Below are positions 51,975 to 52,733 of a stretch of 52,733 bases of DNA, in pieces (the stretch's first letter is position 1; each line of letters opens with the position of its first letter). Source of the DNA: a virus (lineage: Duplodnaviria; Caudoviricetes); IMG/VR virus record IMGVR_UViG_3300025418_000293, positions 1 to 52,733 of that record; one strand, given 5' to 3'. The notes beneath the pieces are model-generated. The model was not told the origin of the DNA and did not search any database. It saw nothing but the letters and a program-made list of their open reading frames with translations. A program made the position numbers and the translations under genes.

Positions 51975-52428
51975 TGACCATCTCCCTTACTTTATTGTAG
52001 GTGTCGATGCAGGCGTTGAGTTGGGTGATGGCGATGTCCCCGTCTGCTGCGATGGCTGCAATAGTCTTAAGAGTCTCTCGCTCAGATTGGCCGTCATTGG
52101 TTGAATCTCCTCTGGCAGGGGTGGCATCTGGACTGGCTTGAACGGGACATTGGGGACTGAGGCGCAACTCGCCAGAGTCAATCCTAGAGTTAATACTAGA
52201 CTGCTTCGTTTTAACATCATTTCTCGCCTTTACAAGTGCCGTGGTTACGCCTGTTAACTTTTTGTTCAGTTCGGCTTCTTTGGCACGAGCTTCGTCATTA
52301 AGTCGGATAATTTCTGCTTGATCTTCAGCAACGCGTTCTTGATAGCCTGCATGGTGTCCATAAAAATATACTCCTAAGACGGCGCAGATAGCGCCTAAAA
52401 TAAACCAAGGATTGAGGAAACTAAACAT
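51961..52428 (-). CDS. Rz: Inner-membrane spanin (Rz-like)
   Basis: N-terminal TM helix, coiled coil, GELRLS and ADGD...QLNAC; adjacent to the endolysin. Confidence 0.85.
   Translation of the reverse strand: MFSFLNPWFILGAICAVLGVYFYGHHAGYQERVAEDQAEIIRLNDEARAKEAELNKKLTGVTTALVKARNDVKTKQSSINSRIDSGELRLSPQCPVQASPDATPARGDSTNDGQSERETLKTIAAIAADGDIAITQLNACIDTYNKVREMVNVKP
51987..52220 (-). CDS. Rz1: Outer-membrane lipoprotein spanin (Rz1-like), fully embedded in Rz
   Basis: MLKRSSLVLTLGLTLASC signal with lipobox LASC; Pro-rich mature region; alternate frame inside Rz. Confidence 0.8.
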   Translation of the reverse strand: MMLKRSSLVLTLGLTLASCASVPNVPFKPVQMPPLPEEIQPMTANLSERLLRLLQPSQQTGTSPSPNSTPASTPTIK

Positions 52429-52733
52429 TGCTAGCCCTCGCATGTGCCATTCTCTCACGTTCTGCGTCATCTTCCAAGGTGGGGTGAGACATGGGTGGAG
52501 GGGGTGGAGTCCAGCCAGACGGAGAAGATGGAGCCATCATAACAACTGGAGCTGGCGGTGGGGGAGGAGGTGCAACGTAAGCATCCTTATTGGCCTTGGC
52601 TGCATTCATCATGTTGGTTGCCTCATTGGTTAAACCCTTGGTCAAAATACCGCCTATCCCGCCCACGATCAGTAACACGATATCATTAAGCATCTTGGTG
52701 TATGCTTGATCAATGGGAGCCATAGCCTTGATC
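52421..52733 (-). CDS. Membrane protein of the lysis module, possible holin (5'-truncated)
   Basis: Hydrophobic IVLLIVGGIGGIL segment and poly-Pro tail; upstream of spanins; frame open to the window edge. Confidence 0.5.
   Translation of the reverse strand, partial: IKAMAPIDQAYTKMLNDIVLLIVGGIGGILTKGLTNEATNMMNAAKANKDAYVAPPPPPPAPVVMMAPSSPSGWTPPPPPMSHPTLEDDAERERMAHARASNV

Noticed and set aside
1-52733. Alternative genetic code or introns/inteins in core genes
   Set aside because: Core genes are uninterrupted and of ordinary length, and TAA, TAG and TGA all serve as stops.

Overview
The window is most of a tailed dsDNA phage genome, podovirus-like and read in the standard genetic code. The Rz/Rz1 spanins imply a Gram-negative host; a freshwater betaproteobacterial host is only a guess from family resemblance. 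There are three blocks. (1) 1-12.9 kb, minus strand: terminase, portal, a GroES-like co-chaperonin, scaffold, a Mu-gpT-like major capsid protein, an inserted HNH gene and small virion genes. (2) 13.3-35.0 kb, plus strand: early genes including a MoxR-type ATPase with a metallopeptidase/VWA partner, then VRR-NUC, family A DNA polymerase, a PD-(D/E)XK exonuclease, a repeat-built array of small genes, an SNF2 helicase and a primase-helicase. (3) 35.0-52.7 kb, minus strand: internal virion proteins, a tail protein, a GH19 endolysin and embedded spanins. I recognised no integrase, tRNA, CRISPR array or reverse transcriptase. Features not explained by the gene list: eight copies of a 29-bp dyad GGAA-N3-TCGACA-N3-TGTCGA-N3-TTCC seen only in 13.3-22.3 kb (two inside coding sequence); three promoters sharing ACTTGACAAAGTCTA; a multiply pseudoknotted leader RNA downstream of the capsid gene; a 3-kb array of mini-genes built from shared modules; and a recurring short GG motif in late proteins. 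All family calls come from motif recognition by eye, with no database search.
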